A stretch of DNA of 41,525 nt from a virus. Lineage: Duplodnaviria; Caudoviricetes. The notes under the pieces are model-generated. The model was not told the DNA's origin. It saw only the letters and a list, made by a program, of their open reading frames with translations, and did not search any database. Below, piece after piece: positions 18,176 through 28,005 of the stretch. Position 1 is the stretch's first letter. The number at the start of each line of letters is the position of its first letter. Where the stretch lies: positions 1 through 41,525 of the IMG/VR virus record IMGVR_UViG_3300005764_000035; one strand, written 5' to 3'. The position numbers and the translations under genes are program-made.

Positions 18176-19452
18176 GGCCGGGTGATGACCCGCACGAACC
18201 CGTCGCCGCCGACGGCGCCGTTGCCCGCGGTGAACGTGTTGGTCGCCCCTCCGCCTCCGCCGCCCCCGCCGCCGGGCGTGCCGCCGGGACCGCCGCCCAG
18301 GGCGTTGGCCGCGCTCGCCCGGCCTCCGCCGCCGCCGCCCGAGGCGGTGTAGGGGTCGGCCAGGCTGCCGCCCGTGCCGCCGCCCGACCCTGCTCCCGCT
18401 GTCCCGCCCGCCACGGTGCCGTCGGCCCATCCGTTCACGTCGCCGCCGTCGGAGCCGACCTGGTTGGTGTTGGAGGCGTTGATCCCCGCCCCTCCCCCGC
18501 CGCCCCCGCAGGCCATGACGTTGGCGGTGAGCTGGCTGGCGGCGAACACGCCGAACTCGTTGGTCTCCGGGTTGGCGGCGGTGCTGACCCCTGCCCCCTG
18601 CATCCCCGGGGCTCCCGGCCACGTTCCCCGGGCTCCGGCGGCGGTGGTGCCGCCCAGGCCGCCGTCGGTGCCGGTGCCCTTGAGGCCACCCGCTCCTCCG
18701 GAGGCGTACACGTAACGCCCGAAGCTCGATGCTCCTCCGGCGTTGCCGTTGGCGCCGTCGGTGTCGTCGGTGGTGGGCGCCAGCGCTTGGGCGCCACCGG
18801 CGCCGACGGTGACGGTGACGGTGCCGGGGATGTCCCCGGCGATGAACTCGGATCGGGATCGGAACCCGCCCTGTCCGCCGCCCCCCGCACCTCGCACGGT
18901 GCCTGTCGCCCCTCGCCGCCCCGAGCCGCCGCCGCCTCCTGCGCCGGTGACGAGGACGAGGACGAGACTGTTGTTGGTCGCCCACGTCGGTCTCGTCCAG
19001 GTGAAGGTGCCGGGGGTGGAGAAGGACTGGACGTCGATCTGGACGTCGACGCCGACCTGTCCGGCGGTGGCGGTGTTGGGGACGGAGGCGTACCCGGTGA
19101 CGAGGGCGCGGTCGTTGTTGACCAGCACGTACCACACGCCCGTGTAGTACGAGCACACCAGTGTCTCGTTGAGGCCGCCCATGGTGCGCGACGTGAGACC
19201 GGTGGCTTTCTCGAAGTGGTCGGTGCCGCCGAGGGCGACGGTGAGGGTGTTGCCGGTGGTGACGAGCTTGACGCCGACGACGGTGTTGTTGGCGGGCGCG
19301 GTCGGGAACGTGACGGTGAACGCCCCCCCGGACGTGTCGCAGACGACCTCCTCACCGGCGGCGGCCGTGTAGTTGGTCGTCTTGAGGGCGGTGGGGACGA
19401 GGTTGAACCCGGGGGCGGACTGCCAGGTGGTGCCGTCGTTGACCTTGGCCAT
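18172..19452 (-). CDS. Glycine-rich tail fibre/minor virion protein
   Basis: KTTNYTAAAGEEVVCDTSGGAFTVTFP fibre motif, then FSTPGTFTW...GAGGGGG glycine-rich domain ending GGDGFVRV. Confidence 0.75.
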   Translation of the reverse strand: MAKVNDGTTWQSAPGFNLVPTALKTTNYTAAAGEEVVCDTSGGAFTVTFPTAPANNTVVGVKLVTTGNTLTVALGGTDHFEKATGLTSRTMGGLNETLVCSYYTGVWYVLVNNDRALVTGYASVPNTATAGQVGVDVQIDVQSFSTPGTFTWTRPTWATNNSLVLVLVTGAGGGGGSGRRGATGTVRGAGGGGQGGFRSRSEFIAGDIPGTVTVTVGAGGAQALAPTTDDTDGANGNAGGASSFGRYVYASGGAGGLKGTGTDGGLGGTTAAGARGTWPGAPGMQGAGVSTAANPETNEFGVFAASQLTANVMACGGGGGGAGINASNTNQVGSDGGDVNGWADGTVAGGTAGAGSGGGTGGSLADPYTASGGGGGGRASAANALGGGPGGTPGGGGGGGGGATNTFTAGNGAVGGDGFVRVITRP

Positions 19453-20999
19453 CAGGCTGCGAACACGATCATGGAGGCCACCCCGATGACGCCGCCGTAC
19501 TGGGTTTGCACGGTGCCGGAGCCTTGGGAGATGTACTGCCCCCACTTGTAGGTGTAGCTGGTGGAGGGGGTGAGGCCGGTGACGGCGATGGGCAGGGTGA
19601 TGCGGGTGGCGATGGAGTTGGCCTGGTTGTAGATGGCCTGGTGCTTCGTTCCGGCCACATCGGAGCTACCGGAGCGCAGGCACCAGCCCAGACCGGCGGA
19701 CGGGGAGTTCTGGGTGATGGCGTTGGACGACAGTTGGACCAACACGTTGCCGGAGGCGGGGGCGGTGAAGGTGACGACCAGGTTGGTGGCGTCCACGTCG
19801 GTGGCGGTGGTGGAGGTGGAGGTGGGACCGGTGGGGCTGCCGGGGTTGTAGTTGACGGCGGCGAGGATGCCGCCGGTCGTCGCCCCTCCGCCGCCGCCGC
19901 CGCCGGTCGTGTCCCCCGACCACACTTCCATGACGGCGGGGTCGGCACCACCGCCGTAGATGGTCTGGCAGGTGGCGGTCCCGAACCCCCGCATGTGCGC
20001 CCATGTGTAGGTGTACGACGTGCTGGGGGTGAGGCCGTCGATGACGACTCTCATGGACGGGCGGTAGTGGGTCTCACTGTTCTGGTGGTACAGGATGAGG
20101 CAGTTGGAGTTCGCGACCAGGCTTCCGCCGCTCCGCAATCCCCAGTAGTAGCCAGAGCCGTTGGTCAGTTGGTTCACCTGCGCGGACAAGACCACGATCA
20201 CCCGGCCTGACGATGGCGCCGTGAACGTGACCGTGAGGTTGGTGGCGTCGATGTCGACATACGAGGTCGTGGTGGCGTTGACCGCCGCTTGCGTGCCGGG
20301 GTTATAGCGGGTGTAGGCCAACAGGCTGGCGGTCCCCGAACCACCACCGCCTGCAGGGGTGCCGGTCTCCCACAGGTCGTTGGCGGTGTTCCGTCCCCCC
20401 GTCGACGTCTTCGGGTCATGCGCCCCGGTGGGGTCGATGAAGATGATGTTGGTGAAGGCGTTGGAGTCGGGGGCGGTCCCGCCTCCGCCCGGCCACACGT
20501 AGGCGCTCGATCCCGTCGACCACACCTTGGTGGCCAGCAGCCCCTGGTTGAGGGCGGTGAGCGACGCTCCCCCGCCGCTCCCGCCGCCCAGCAGGGAGGC
20601 GTCGATGAGGTTGTTGTTGGACGGGGAGAACCCGCCCGTGCCGGTGGACACGAACGTGACGGGGATGGTGAACCACAGGTTGGCGTTGTTGGTGGGGGTG
20701 GCCGACACCGTGTACTTGATGTTCTGGGTGATGTCGCCGTTGCGGTAGAACCAGAACGTCGAGCCGGTGCTGAGGGTGTCGAGCCGGACGAGGGTGCCGT
20801 TGGTGTCGTACACCGAGGCGTACACGGCGGTGGCCGAGCTGGGGGTGGCGTTGTTGGCCCGCACGTACCCGGAGCCGGGGTCGGCGGCGGTGGTGCTGGT
20901 GGACCACTTGTAGGGCGAGGTGGTGGTCCCTCCGCCGGTGGTGGTGCCCAGGGCCACCCAGTTCCCGGTGGCGGGGTCGCGGTAGTTGAGAACCGCCAC
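19452..20999 (-). CDS. Tail fibre / receptor-binding-like protein with duplicated C-terminal domain
   Basis: T/G/S-rich; two copies of YNPG...D(I/V)DATNLxVTFTAPxSG...LRSG...GLTPSTSYTY; GTG start overlaps the upstream stop. Confidence 0.7.
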   Translation of the reverse strand: MAVLNYRDPATGNWVALGTTTGGGTTTSPYKWSTSTTAADPGSGYVRANNATPSSATAVYASVYDTNGTLVRLDTLSTGSTFWFYRNGDITQNIKYTVSATPTNNANLWFTIPVTFVSTGTGGFSPSNNNLIDASLLGGGSGGGASLTALNQGLLATKVWSTGSSAYVWPGGGGTAPDSNAFTNIIFIDPTGAHDPKTSTGGRNTANDLWETGTPAGGGGSGTASLLAYTRYNPGTQAAVNATTTSYVDIDATNLTVTFTAPSSGRVIVVLSAQVNQLTNGSGYYWGLRSGGSLVANSNCLILYHQNSETHYRPSMRVVIDGLTPSTSYTYTWAHMRGFGTATCQTIYGGGADPAVMEVWSGDTTGGGGGGGATTGGILAAVNYNPGSPTGPTSTSTTATDVDATNLVVTFTAPASGNVLVQLSSNAITQNSPSAGLGWCLRSGSSDVAGTKHQAIYNQANSIATRITLPIAVTGLTPSTSYTYKWGQYISQGSGTVQTQYGGVIGVASMIVFAA

Positions 21000-22246
21000 T
21001 AGCCGGGGCCTCCGTCCCATATCTCGATCCAGGCCACGTCGGCGGCGCCTTCCAGGTTGACGGTGCCGCTGGTCCCCCCGAACCCGAGACGGAAGTTCAC
21101 GGTGGCGCCGGTACCGGTGAGGGACACGAAGGTCTCGCCGTAGAGGATCCCGGTGCCGTTGTTGAGCTGCGCCATGCGGGAGGCGATGTTGGTGAGCCCT
21201 CCCGCTCCCACCTGGTACTTGGAGTACAGGTAGGTGAGGGTCCCCGTCCCCGAGATGTTGGCTTTCCCCACCACCCGGTAGCGGCGGGCCACGGTGGGGA
21301 TGGTGAGCGCGGGGGTGGTGGCGAAGTCGTAGCCCCCTGAGCCGATCCCGGCCACGTAGGTGGTGTAGGTGGTGCGGTTCACCAGCCCGTAGGGCTTCCA
21401 CCACATGCCCCCCGTGTACTGCCACCACGTGCCGGTGTCGGTGGTGACGCACATGGACCCGTCGGGAGGGGTTGTCCACAGGGCGTCGCGTTGGGTGGTG
21501 GTGGTGAAGGTGGGGAGCGACCCGTACCGCCACGACGTGTCGTAGTTGGTGGCGGTGGTCTTGGTCAGGATCTGGTTGGCGGCGCCCCCGGCGGGCACAC
21601 CGACGCCCGCCGTCCCCGTCGCTCCCGTCGCTCCGGTGGCGCCTGCCGGTCCCGTCGCCCCTGTCGCGCCCGTCGCTCCCGCCGGTCCCGTAGCGCCCGT
21701 CGCGCCCGTGGGTCCTTGCAGGCCGGTGGCCCCGGTGGCGCCCGTCGGGCCGGTGGGTCCCGCGGGACCGGTCGGTCCGGCCGGTCCGGTCCCGAACCCG
21801 GAGCCGGTGGCGTCGAGGTCGACCCACAGTTCCAGTCCGGCGGTGGTGGGGGCCGGTTCGTGGGCGATCATGACCTCGTCGGGGCCGGTGCCGCCGCTGG
21901 CGCCGGTCTGCCAGGCGGTGGCGTAGTCGGCGCTGGAGGTCTTGGTCAGGATCTGGCCGATGGTGCCGCCGGTGGGGACCCCTGGGCCTGCCGGTCCGGT
22001 GGCGCCGGTGGAGCCCTGGGGGCCGGTCGGTCCCGCCGCTCCCGGCGGGCCTGTCGCCCCGGTGGCCCCCGGCGGTCCGGCGCTGCCGGTGGCCCCGGTC
22101 GCTCCCGGTGGTCCGGTGGGGCCTGCCGGTCCCGGAGGCCCGGGGGGACCGACGGGGCCGTCGGCGCCGAGGAGGACGGGACCGTCGACGTCGACGTCGA
22201 ACAGGTCGGTGCGGACCTCCACGTCGAACTCGTCGGTGGCGGTCAC
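20999..22246 (-). CDS. Collagen-like tail fibre protein
   Basis: Two Gly-X-Y blocks, each followed by GVPxGG...QILTKT...YxTxW; C-terminal beta-rich domain. Confidence 0.8.
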   Translation of the reverse strand: MTATDEFDVEVRTDLFDVDVDGPVLLGADGPVGPPGPPGPAGPTGPPGATGATGSAGPPGATGATGPPGAAGPTGPQGSTGATGPAGPGVPTGGTIGQILTKTSSADYATAWQTGASGGTGPDEVMIAHEPAPTTAGLELWVDLDATGSGFGTGPAGPTGPAGPTGPTGATGATGLQGPTGATGATGPAGATGATGATGPAGATGATGATGTAGVGVPAGGAANQILTKTTATNYDTSWRYGSLPTFTTTTQRDALWTTPPDGSMCVTTDTGTWWQYTGGMWWKPYGLVNRTTYTTYVAGIGSGGYDFATTPALTIPTVARRYRVVGKANISGTGTLTYLYSKYQVGAGGLTNIASRMAQLNNGTGILYGETFVSLTGTGATVNFRLGFGGTSGTVNLEGAADVAWIEIWDGGPG

Positions 22247-22569
22247 CGGGTGACCTCCTGGGTGACGTGGACGGGACCGCGGGCGATGGTGCGGCGCTCG
22301 CCGATGGAGGTGTTGACCTGGAGGTCCCACACGTAGCAGCCCGCCAGGCCGACGGTGACGGTGTTGGCCAGGGTCAGGGTCACCGTCGAGCCCGCCAGGG
22401 AGCAGGTGAAGGTGGCTTCCACGGTGGTGTCGTTGTCGGCCACGTCCTTGCGGATCTGGGCTTGGGGGGACGACCAGGTGGACAGGTCGACGGGGGTGCC
22501 GTTCTGGGTGACGTTGACCATGGCCCGGTAGTCGTCGCCCTGGTAGATGGTCAACGGCGACGCTTTCAT
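22243..22569 (-). CDS. Fibre adaptor (BppU N-terminal-like beta-sandwich)
   Basis: LTIYQGDD...PVDLS...AQIR...YVWDLQV...[13 protein letters not shown] pattern; precedes the fibre genes. Confidence 0.7.
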   Translation of the reverse strand: MKASPLTIYQGDDYRAMVNVTQNGTPVDLSTWSSPQAQIRKDVADNDTTVEATFTCSLAGSTVTLTLANTVTVGLAGCYVWDLQVNTSIGERRTIARGPVHVTQEVTR

Positions 22570-24395
22570 TGCGACCTACCGGCTCGTTGCCGTGCCCCGG
22601 GGGGCTGGAAGGCCTGGGCCGCGGTGAGCCTGGCGATGCGGTCGGCGATCTCCTGGGCGTTGGGGACGCCGAGCTTGGTCAGGGCCTGGAGGGGGTCGTA
22701 GAGGCCGAGGGTGTAGAGCTGGATGGTCTCCGCTCGTTCCTGCATCTGGGAGATGTGGGCGCCGATCTGGCTGATGATGGTGAACCGCAGGGGGTGGGTG
22801 ACGACGTTGCCGTTGCGGTCGAGGACGGGGACGTGGAAGTGCTTGGGGGCGAGCGCCATGGCCGTGGACTGCCCTTGCGGTCCCGTTATCGCGAGCAGTC
22901 TCGGGGTGTCGTAGTTCTCGACGATCAGTCCCGCGATCTGGTCGTAGGCGGCTCGCAGCGCCCATTCGAGTCCTCGGAGGTGGGATCGGATGCGGGTGAA
23001 CCCTGCCTCCTGAACAGAATCCAGGACATCAGAAGCATTACGGCCAGTGGGAGTAAAACCACGAGTGATAGCGCTAAGGCCACTGATCCGTTCCATTTCG
23101 GTGATGAAGAACTGGGTGAGCTGGGGGATGATGGGGTGGAGGGGGACGGGTTCCATCCATTTGGCCTGGTTGATGTCGCCGGTGACGGTGATGCGGGTCC
23201 CGGGCCGGTTGGGGATGCGGGTGCGGGGGATGCCGGAGCGTCCGCCTTCCAGGAAGGGGGGGTTGCCGCACAGGTCGATGTTGTGGATGACCCCGGCCAG
23301 CAGGCGGTTGAGGGTGATCTGGCAGGAGGAGAGGTCCTCCACCAGGGACTGGCCCCAGAACTCGCCGGTGTCGTCGGCCACGAACCGCTGGTAGGGGTGC
23401 TGGCCGTGGCTCCAGAGTTGGTAGGCGGGGACGTCGAGGAGGACGTGGTTCCCGGCTACGGCCACGCACCGCCAGTAGTCGAACAGGCTGGCGCGGCCGT
23501 TGATCTCGGTGGGCTCGTGCTGGCGGATCCATGCTTCGAGGACGGTGACGCCCCGGTCGTTGGGGTCGGGGTCGCCCGGTGAGAAGCGGGTGCTCAAGCT
23601 CGCGCTGCGGGTGGAGGGGGCGATGGGTGCGGCCTGGCCCGGGAACGTGCGCGCTGACGCTCGCGGCGCGTTGCCGAGCCGGTCGGGGTGGACGTCGATG
23701 TCCTCGGTGGGGGCGGGCATCCCGTCGGCGAACAGGTTGCCTGCGTGGTAGCGGCGGTCGATCTCCTGGCGGGACATGTTGCGGGCTTCGATGTAGTAGT
23801 TCCCGTCGGCCAGGTTCCTCGCCGCGGGGTCGGGATAGAACGTGTAGGGGTCGACGCGGAGCAACACGGCGTTCCCCAAGCCGCCGTCGAGGGTCATGTC
23901 CCACGTCGCTTTGAGCAGGCCGGTGCCCCAGGCGTAGGAGTCCCACACCGCCTGTTTGATGTTCTCCTCGTGGCGGTGCACCGTCGCCACCGCGTCCATG
24001 ACGGTGGTGAGGTCGGCGGCGATCTTGGCGATCATGTCGAAGTAGGGGGTGGCCGGTGACGCGCTGGGGACGGCGGTGTAGGTGGGGCGCTGGTCGGTCA
24101 TCCACCCCGCGAGCTGGCTGATGATGGGCCGGATCTCGGGGACCTCGGGGGAGGGGAGCCAGCCTGCCCGGTCGCTCAGCCAGGTGCGGTTGCGCAGGAG
24201 GCGGTCGTTGCGGTTCCAGGTGGCGATGATGGGCCGTCGGTGCTCGCGGGCCCGGTAGAACAACTGCCGGACGTAGGCGGCCAGTTCGACGTCGTAACGG
24301 GGTGGCGTGGCCGGTGGGGGCGGCGGGTATTCGACGTGGGGGATCTGTTCGGATTCGGGGTCGACGTTGGCGGTGGCGATGGTCTGGTTGCTCAC
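22566..24395 (-). CDS. Portal protein (P22-like podovirus type)
   Basis: 609 aa after Ter[53 protein letters not shown] motifs; SD GGAAGGTG before GTG 24395. Confidence 0.85.
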   Translation of the reverse strand: MSNQTIATANVDPESEQIPHVEYPPPPPATPPRYDVELAAYVRQLFYRAREHRRPIIATWNRNDRLLRNRTWLSDRAGWLPSPEVPEIRPIISQLAGWMTDQRPTYTAVPSASPATPYFDMIAKIAADLTTVMDAVATVHRHEENIKQAVWDSYAWGTGLLKATWDMTLDGGLGNAVLLRVDPYTFYPDPAARNLADGNYYIEARNMSRQEIDRRYHAGNLFADGMPAPTEDIDVHPDRLGNAPRASARTFPGQAAPIAPSTRSASLSTRFSPGDPDPNDRGVTVLEAWIRQHEPTEINGRASLFDYWRCVAVAGNHVLLDVPAYQLWSHGQHPYQRFVADDTGEFWGQSLVEDLSSCQITLNRLLAGVIHNIDLCGNPPFLEGGRSGIPRTRIPNRPGTRITVTGDINQAKWMEPVPLHPIIPQLTQFFITEMERISGLSAITRGFTPTGRNASDVLDSVQEAGFTRIRSHLRGLEWALRAAYDQIAGLIVENYDTPRLLAITGPQGQSTAMALAPKHFHVPVLDRNGNVVTHPLRFTIISQIGAHISQMQERAETIQLYTLGLYDPLQALTKLGVPNAQEIADRIARLTAAQAFQPPGARQRAGRSQ

Positions 24396-24778
24396 TCCAT
24401 CACCTTCCTCAGGCGGTCGGCGGCGGGATGGTTGCCCTCGCGACGGAGCGAATCGTAAGTGCTGTCCAGGCCTTCGCTGGTGACTCCCAGGGCCTCCCGG
24501 TCCCGCAGGTCGACGGGCACGTAGGAGTGCGGTGCCCGCTCGACGGTGTGGGCTTCGCCGTGGGCGTCGTACAGGGTCTGGGGGGCACTGGCCTTCTCCG
24601 AGGCGCGGCTCAGCTCCGAGGCGTGCTGGGCGCGGTTGCCCGGGAACGAGGGAAGCAGGGAGAACCCCCACACCCGGCGCGCCCAGCGGGTACAGCGCAG
24701 GCACATGACCTCGTCGTCGCGCCAGTCCGACGTGAACGTCAGGTCACAGGGCTCGCAGCGGTAGGTGTAGACCGGCAC
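24392..24778 (-). CDS. FmdB-like zinc-ribbon protein
   Basis: MPVYTYRCEPC...CLRC...ARRVW pattern, between terminase and portal. Confidence 0.75.
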   Translation of the reverse strand: MPVYTYRCEPCDLTFTSDWRDDEVMCLRCTRWARRVWGFSLLPSFPGNRAQHASELSRASEKASAPQTLYDAHGEAHTVERAPHSYVPVDLRDREALGVTSEGLDSTYDSLRREGNHPAADRLRKVME

Positions 24779-24782
24779 CCGG

Positions 24783-26405
24783 TCATGATGCTGGTTCCTC
24801 GTCCCACGCCTGCCACGTACGTTCCGGGTCGTCGGGGCGCAACACCCGGTTGACGGGACCGACGTAGGCCTCCAGCAGTTCCGTCGACGAGCAGATGCAG
24901 GCCTGGGCCAGGGCCATGACGGTGTCGTCGAACCCGGCGGAGGAGTTCGGTCCGTAGTGGCCGTTGGGGACCGACACATAGTTCTGCATCTCGTAGAACG
25001 TGGTCTTGTCGTGGATGGAGACCGTGTGATCCACGACCAGTTTCAACAGGAAGCCGATCATCCACTCTTTGCGCTGCTGGTTGGTGTCCCACCCGAACGT
25101 GGTGGCGATCACCGACGGTTCCTTGTCAGCGTACCGGTGCTTGTAGAGGTTGGGGTAGTTCATGTTGATGAGCGCCCCCATGGCCGTATAGCCCGCCCCC
25201 GTGGTCTCGCACGTGAGCAGGGCCGTGTTGTAGTACACCCCTAGTTTGGCGAGTTCTTCCCCGAAGGACGCCCCGTCGATACGACCCCGCCACGTAGCCA
25301 CTTGTCGATAGGTTCGTCGGTTGATGACTTGTCCCACCGCGTAGTCCCCGGTGGTAACACGAGTCGGGTCACCCGCGACCATATAGCGCCCCCAGTCGTA
25401 GTCCGACGACGGGGTCTGGTAGATCTTGAGGGGACCGGCAATATCGGGGACGAACCGGACTTGTGAGCCTTCGCGTAGGAGACGGCCCACGAGCGGCCTC
25501 TCGATCGGCTCATAACAAGCGCGCAGGTCGGCCAGGGGAAAGATGTTGTACCCGGTGGCCACGAAAGCTTCCTCTGGCGTAGATGGATACTCCTGGTGGA
25601 ACCATGCGAGATCGTTCTGTGCCAGGTTGCGGATAGCCCACCGGCGCCACAGGAGATGGTCGTCGTCGACTCCCAGACGGCGGAGGACCCGTTCTTCTTC
25701 ATTCATGTTCTCCAGCGGTGGGGTGGGCTCGTTGAGCATCTGGTTGATGTAACCCCAGGTGTATTGGGGGTGGCGGTGCCACGGGAAGAACAGAGGGACG
25801 TATTCGGTGTCGCCTGCCTCCGCCGCGTACCACTGGTCGTGGAAGTAGCCCCCCACCCCGTTGGCGGTGGACTCCAGCACGCCGATGGTGTTGGGCTCGA
25901 AGTGGAAGGCCTGCTCCAGCCCCCCCATGGTCATGCTGGCTTTGTCCCAGAACGCCACCTCGCTGGCGTGGACGCAGTGCAGCGTCTTGGACCGCCCGGT
26001 ATTCACGTTCTTGGCCGTGGAAATCTTCATGGAGGACTTGGTCTCCACCCACGACAGTTCGTTGCGGGACCGGTACTTGGCCTTGTAGGCGAGGTTGTAG
26101 GGGTAGGTCTCCCAGTAGGTCTGGCTCATGCCCAGGAGATGGGTGGCGGAGTCGTTCTCGTGGGCGATGACCAGGGCCTGGATGTTGTCCCAGATGAAGC
26201 ACCACAGGAACATGACCGCTTCGGTCAGCGTCGAGATCCCGAGCTGGCGGGCCTTCAGCACGATGATGCGGACGAGCTTGCGGCGGTCGTACTGGCGCTC
26301 GATCTCGGCCAGGTACTCCCGCTGCGCCCAGTTGAGGCGGAAGTCGATCAGATGAGCACGGGTGTCGATGATCCGCAGTTGTTCGAGCTGGGGCTCAAGA
26401 TGCAT
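24783..26405 (-). CDS. terL: Terminase large subunit
   Basis: Walker A region IIVLKARQLGISTL, Walker B HCVHASEVAFW, motif III ESTANG, nuclease GDP...GDYAV and FDDTVMA; ATG at 26405. Confidence 0.95.
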   Translation of the reverse strand: MHLEPQLEQLRIIDTRAHLIDFRLNWAQREYLAEIERQYDRRKLVRIIVLKARQLGISTLTEAVMFLWCFIWDNIQALVIAHENDSATHLLGMSQTYWETYPYNLAYKAKYRSRNELSWVETKSSMKISTAKNVNTGRSKTLHCVHASEVAFWDKASMTMGGLEQAFHFEPNTIGVLESTANGVGGYFHDQWYAAEAGDTEYVPLFFPWHRHPQYTWGYINQMLNEPTPPLENMNEEERVLRRLGVDDDHLLWRRWAIRNLAQNDLAWFHQEYPSTPEEAFVATGYNIFPLADLRACYEPIERPLVGRLLREGSQVRFVPDIAGPLKIYQTPSSDYDWGRYMVAGDPTRVTTGDYAVGQVINRRTYRQVATWRGRIDGASFGEELAKLGVYYNTALLTCETTGAGYTAMGALINMNYPNLYKHRYADKEPSVIATTFGWDTNQQRKEWMIGFLLKLVVDHTVSIHDKTTFYEMQNYVSVPNGHYGPNSSAGFDDTVMALAQACICSSTELLEAYVGPVNRVLRPDDPERTWQAWDEEPAS

Positions 26406-26667
26406 CGAGCAGCGACTGTTGCAGTCCCCTGAGTTGGGCACGCAGTTCGGCCATGTTCTCGTCCTCCCCCTGGGCGGCGAGGGCGCGGCCGATGGCAGGC
26501 AGGAGGCTGGTGACGATGCGCAACTGGGTCTGGGGTGGTCCGTTGTCGAGCATCTGCTGGGCGACGGCGATGGCGGTGGAGGCCAGCGAGCGGGCGGCGG
26601 TGCCGAGCTGTTCGTCGGTGGTGACCGCTTCGGTGACGGCGACGGAGGCAAGGTCCTTACGAGGCAT
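26395..26667 (-). CDS. Hypothetical protein, candidate terminase small subunit
   Basis: Small helical protein overlapping the TerL start; position only. Confidence 0.5.
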   Translation of the reverse strand: MPRKDLASVAVTEAVTTDEQLGTAARSLASTAIAVAQQMLDNGPPQTQLRIVTSLLPAIGRALAAQGEDENMAELRAQLRGLQQSLLDAS

Positions 26668-26937
26668 CTACCACCCCGGTTTGGGGAGGTCCTTCTTCTC
26701 GACCCGGGTGAACGTGACTTCCCACATGACCCCCATGGTCTGTTTGAGGAGGTCCATGGCGTGGGGGATCTGGCCGTGGGGGATCCCCAGGGCCATGCGC
26801 ATCTCCCCGCCGGGGGTGATGTTGGAGGAGTGGACGTAGGCGGCGAAGCGGGCCACCTCGCCGTAGGTGATGTCGACGTGGGGGAGCACGAACTGGTCTT
26901 TGCCCTTGCCCCCCGAAACGACCTCCACCATCGGCAC
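26668..26937 (-). CDS. Hypothetical protein
   Basis: Tiles the operon. Confidence 0.65.
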   Translation of the reverse strand: MPMVEVVSGGKGKDQFVLPHVDITYGEVARFAAYVHSSNITPGGEMRMALGIPHGQIPHAMDLLKQTMGVMWEVTFTRVEKKDLPKPGW

Positions 26938-26938
26938 G

Positions 26939-27103
26939 CTAGTTGACGTGCAAGTTCCCCGGCTCGGGCGGGTACCACACCGTGGTCGGGACCGGGTCCG
27001 GGTGCGGTTTGGCGCTCACCGGGCCACCAGCCCCCCACCACATGCCCACGAACCCGCCCATGAGGGCGGCGACGGCGATGACGATCTTGGCGGCGACGCT
27101 CAC
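26939..27103 (-). CDS. Small membrane-anchored protein
   Basis: MSVAAKIVIAVAALMGGFVGMWWG...; GTGA overlap. Confidence 0.55.
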   Translation of the reverse strand: MSVAAKIVIAVAALMGGFVGMWWGAGGPVSAKPHPDPVPTTVWYPPEPGNLHVN

Positions 27104-27618
27104 CAGTGACAGGCCCAGTTCCCGAACCGGATCTGGCACCAGCCCAGGTACGCCCCTGCCGCGATCACGTCACCGAGTTCGTCGCGCATGGCCTGCTTCT
27201 TCTCCCACTCGGCCCACCCCTTCATCAGGCAGTCGTCGTACAACGCGATGCTCCCGGCGGCGCAGTACGCCTCCAGGTCCCGCTGCTTGAGGCTGGGGTC
27301 GACGGTGTTGCGCCACGAGTCGAAACAGGCCTCAGCGGTGGCGTTGAGCCCGACGCCCGCGATCGACCACGACAGCAGGGTGGCGATCGCTCCCGCCGGG
27401 GGTGCAGCCGCCAACGCCACCGCGGTCCCTCCCGTCACGATGGCGTCGAACACGCACTGGTCGCCGATGTTGCCCCCGTCGTGGATGGCGACGGCAGGGG
27501 AGCCCGCCACCCACTGTTCGGCCCGGATGGCGCCGAGGTCGAAGATGTCGCACGCCGGTAACGCCAGCAACGCCACCGCCACCACCGGCAGCAGGGCTCT
27601 GGTCCCGACGCGCCTCAC
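27100..27618 (-). CDS. Putative Cys-rich lipoprotein
   Basis: MRRVGTRALLPVVAVALLALPA-C lipobox-like signal; internal hydrophobic stretch; several further Cys; GTGA overlap. Confidence 0.6.
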   Translation of the reverse strand: MRRVGTRALLPVVAVALLALPACDIFDLGAIRAEQWVAGSPAVAIHDGGNIGDQCVFDAIVTGGTAVALAAAPPAGAIATLLSWSIAGVGLNATAEACFDSWRNTVDPSLKQRDLEAYCAAGSIALYDDCLMKGWAEWEKKQAMRDELGDVIAAGAYLGWCQIRFGNWACHW

Positions 27619-27773
27619 AGGACGATCCCCCGCCGCCGCAGACCCCACAGCACGTACAGCAGGACCGACGCGATGAGCAGCAGCCACCCCGCCCACTGGC
27701 CCGTCGCCAACAAGGCGACACCGCCGATCGTCCCCACCGTGGGCAGGATCAACTGCCGACTGTCCCTGGTCAT
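27615..27773 (-). CDS. Small 2-TM membrane protein
   Basis: MTRDSRQLILPTVGTIGGVALLATGQWAGWLLLIASVLLYVLWGLRRR; strong SD AAAGGAGAG. Confidence 0.65.
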   Translation of the reverse strand: MTRDSRQLILPTVGTIGGVALLATGQWAGWLLLIASVLLYVLWGLRRRGIVL

Positions 27774-27934
27774 GGTTTGCTCTCCTTTGTTCGGTACCGC
27801 CAGCCCGCTTCGAGCGCGCCGGAGAAGGCGAACAGGATCAGCCACGCCCACCACGCGTACCCCGACAGCCAGACACCGCAGAGTCCCGCGTACACGACGA
27901 GCACGCCCACCCACCACGGCATCCGTCGCCTCAT
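27770..27934 (-). CDS. Small 2-TM membrane protein
   Basis: MRRRMPWWVGVLVVYAGLCGVWLSGYAWWAWLILFAFSGALEAGWRYR; SD GGAGGAG; ATGA overlap with the next gene. Not in the ORF track. Confidence 0.6.
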   Translation of the reverse strand: MRRRMPWWVGVLVVYAGLCGVWLSGYAWWAWLILFAFSGALEAGWRYRTKESKP

Positions 27935-28005
27935 GCTTCTCCTCCGCCCCCATTCTCCACTGAGGGTGCCCGTACTGTGCCACGAACGGCACGGAAAGTG
28001 AACCC

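Noticed and set aside
18172-22246. Diversity-generating retroelement or invertible tail-fibre switch
   Set aside because: No reverse transcriptase or invertase; the repeats are diverged domain duplications without adenine-specific variation.
1128-27721. Many long plus-strand and alternate-frame ORFs (e.g. 1853-3691, 4427-7279, 10611-12134)
   Set aside because: These are high-GC shadow frames opposite or overlapping well-supported minus-strand genes, with no recognisable motifs.
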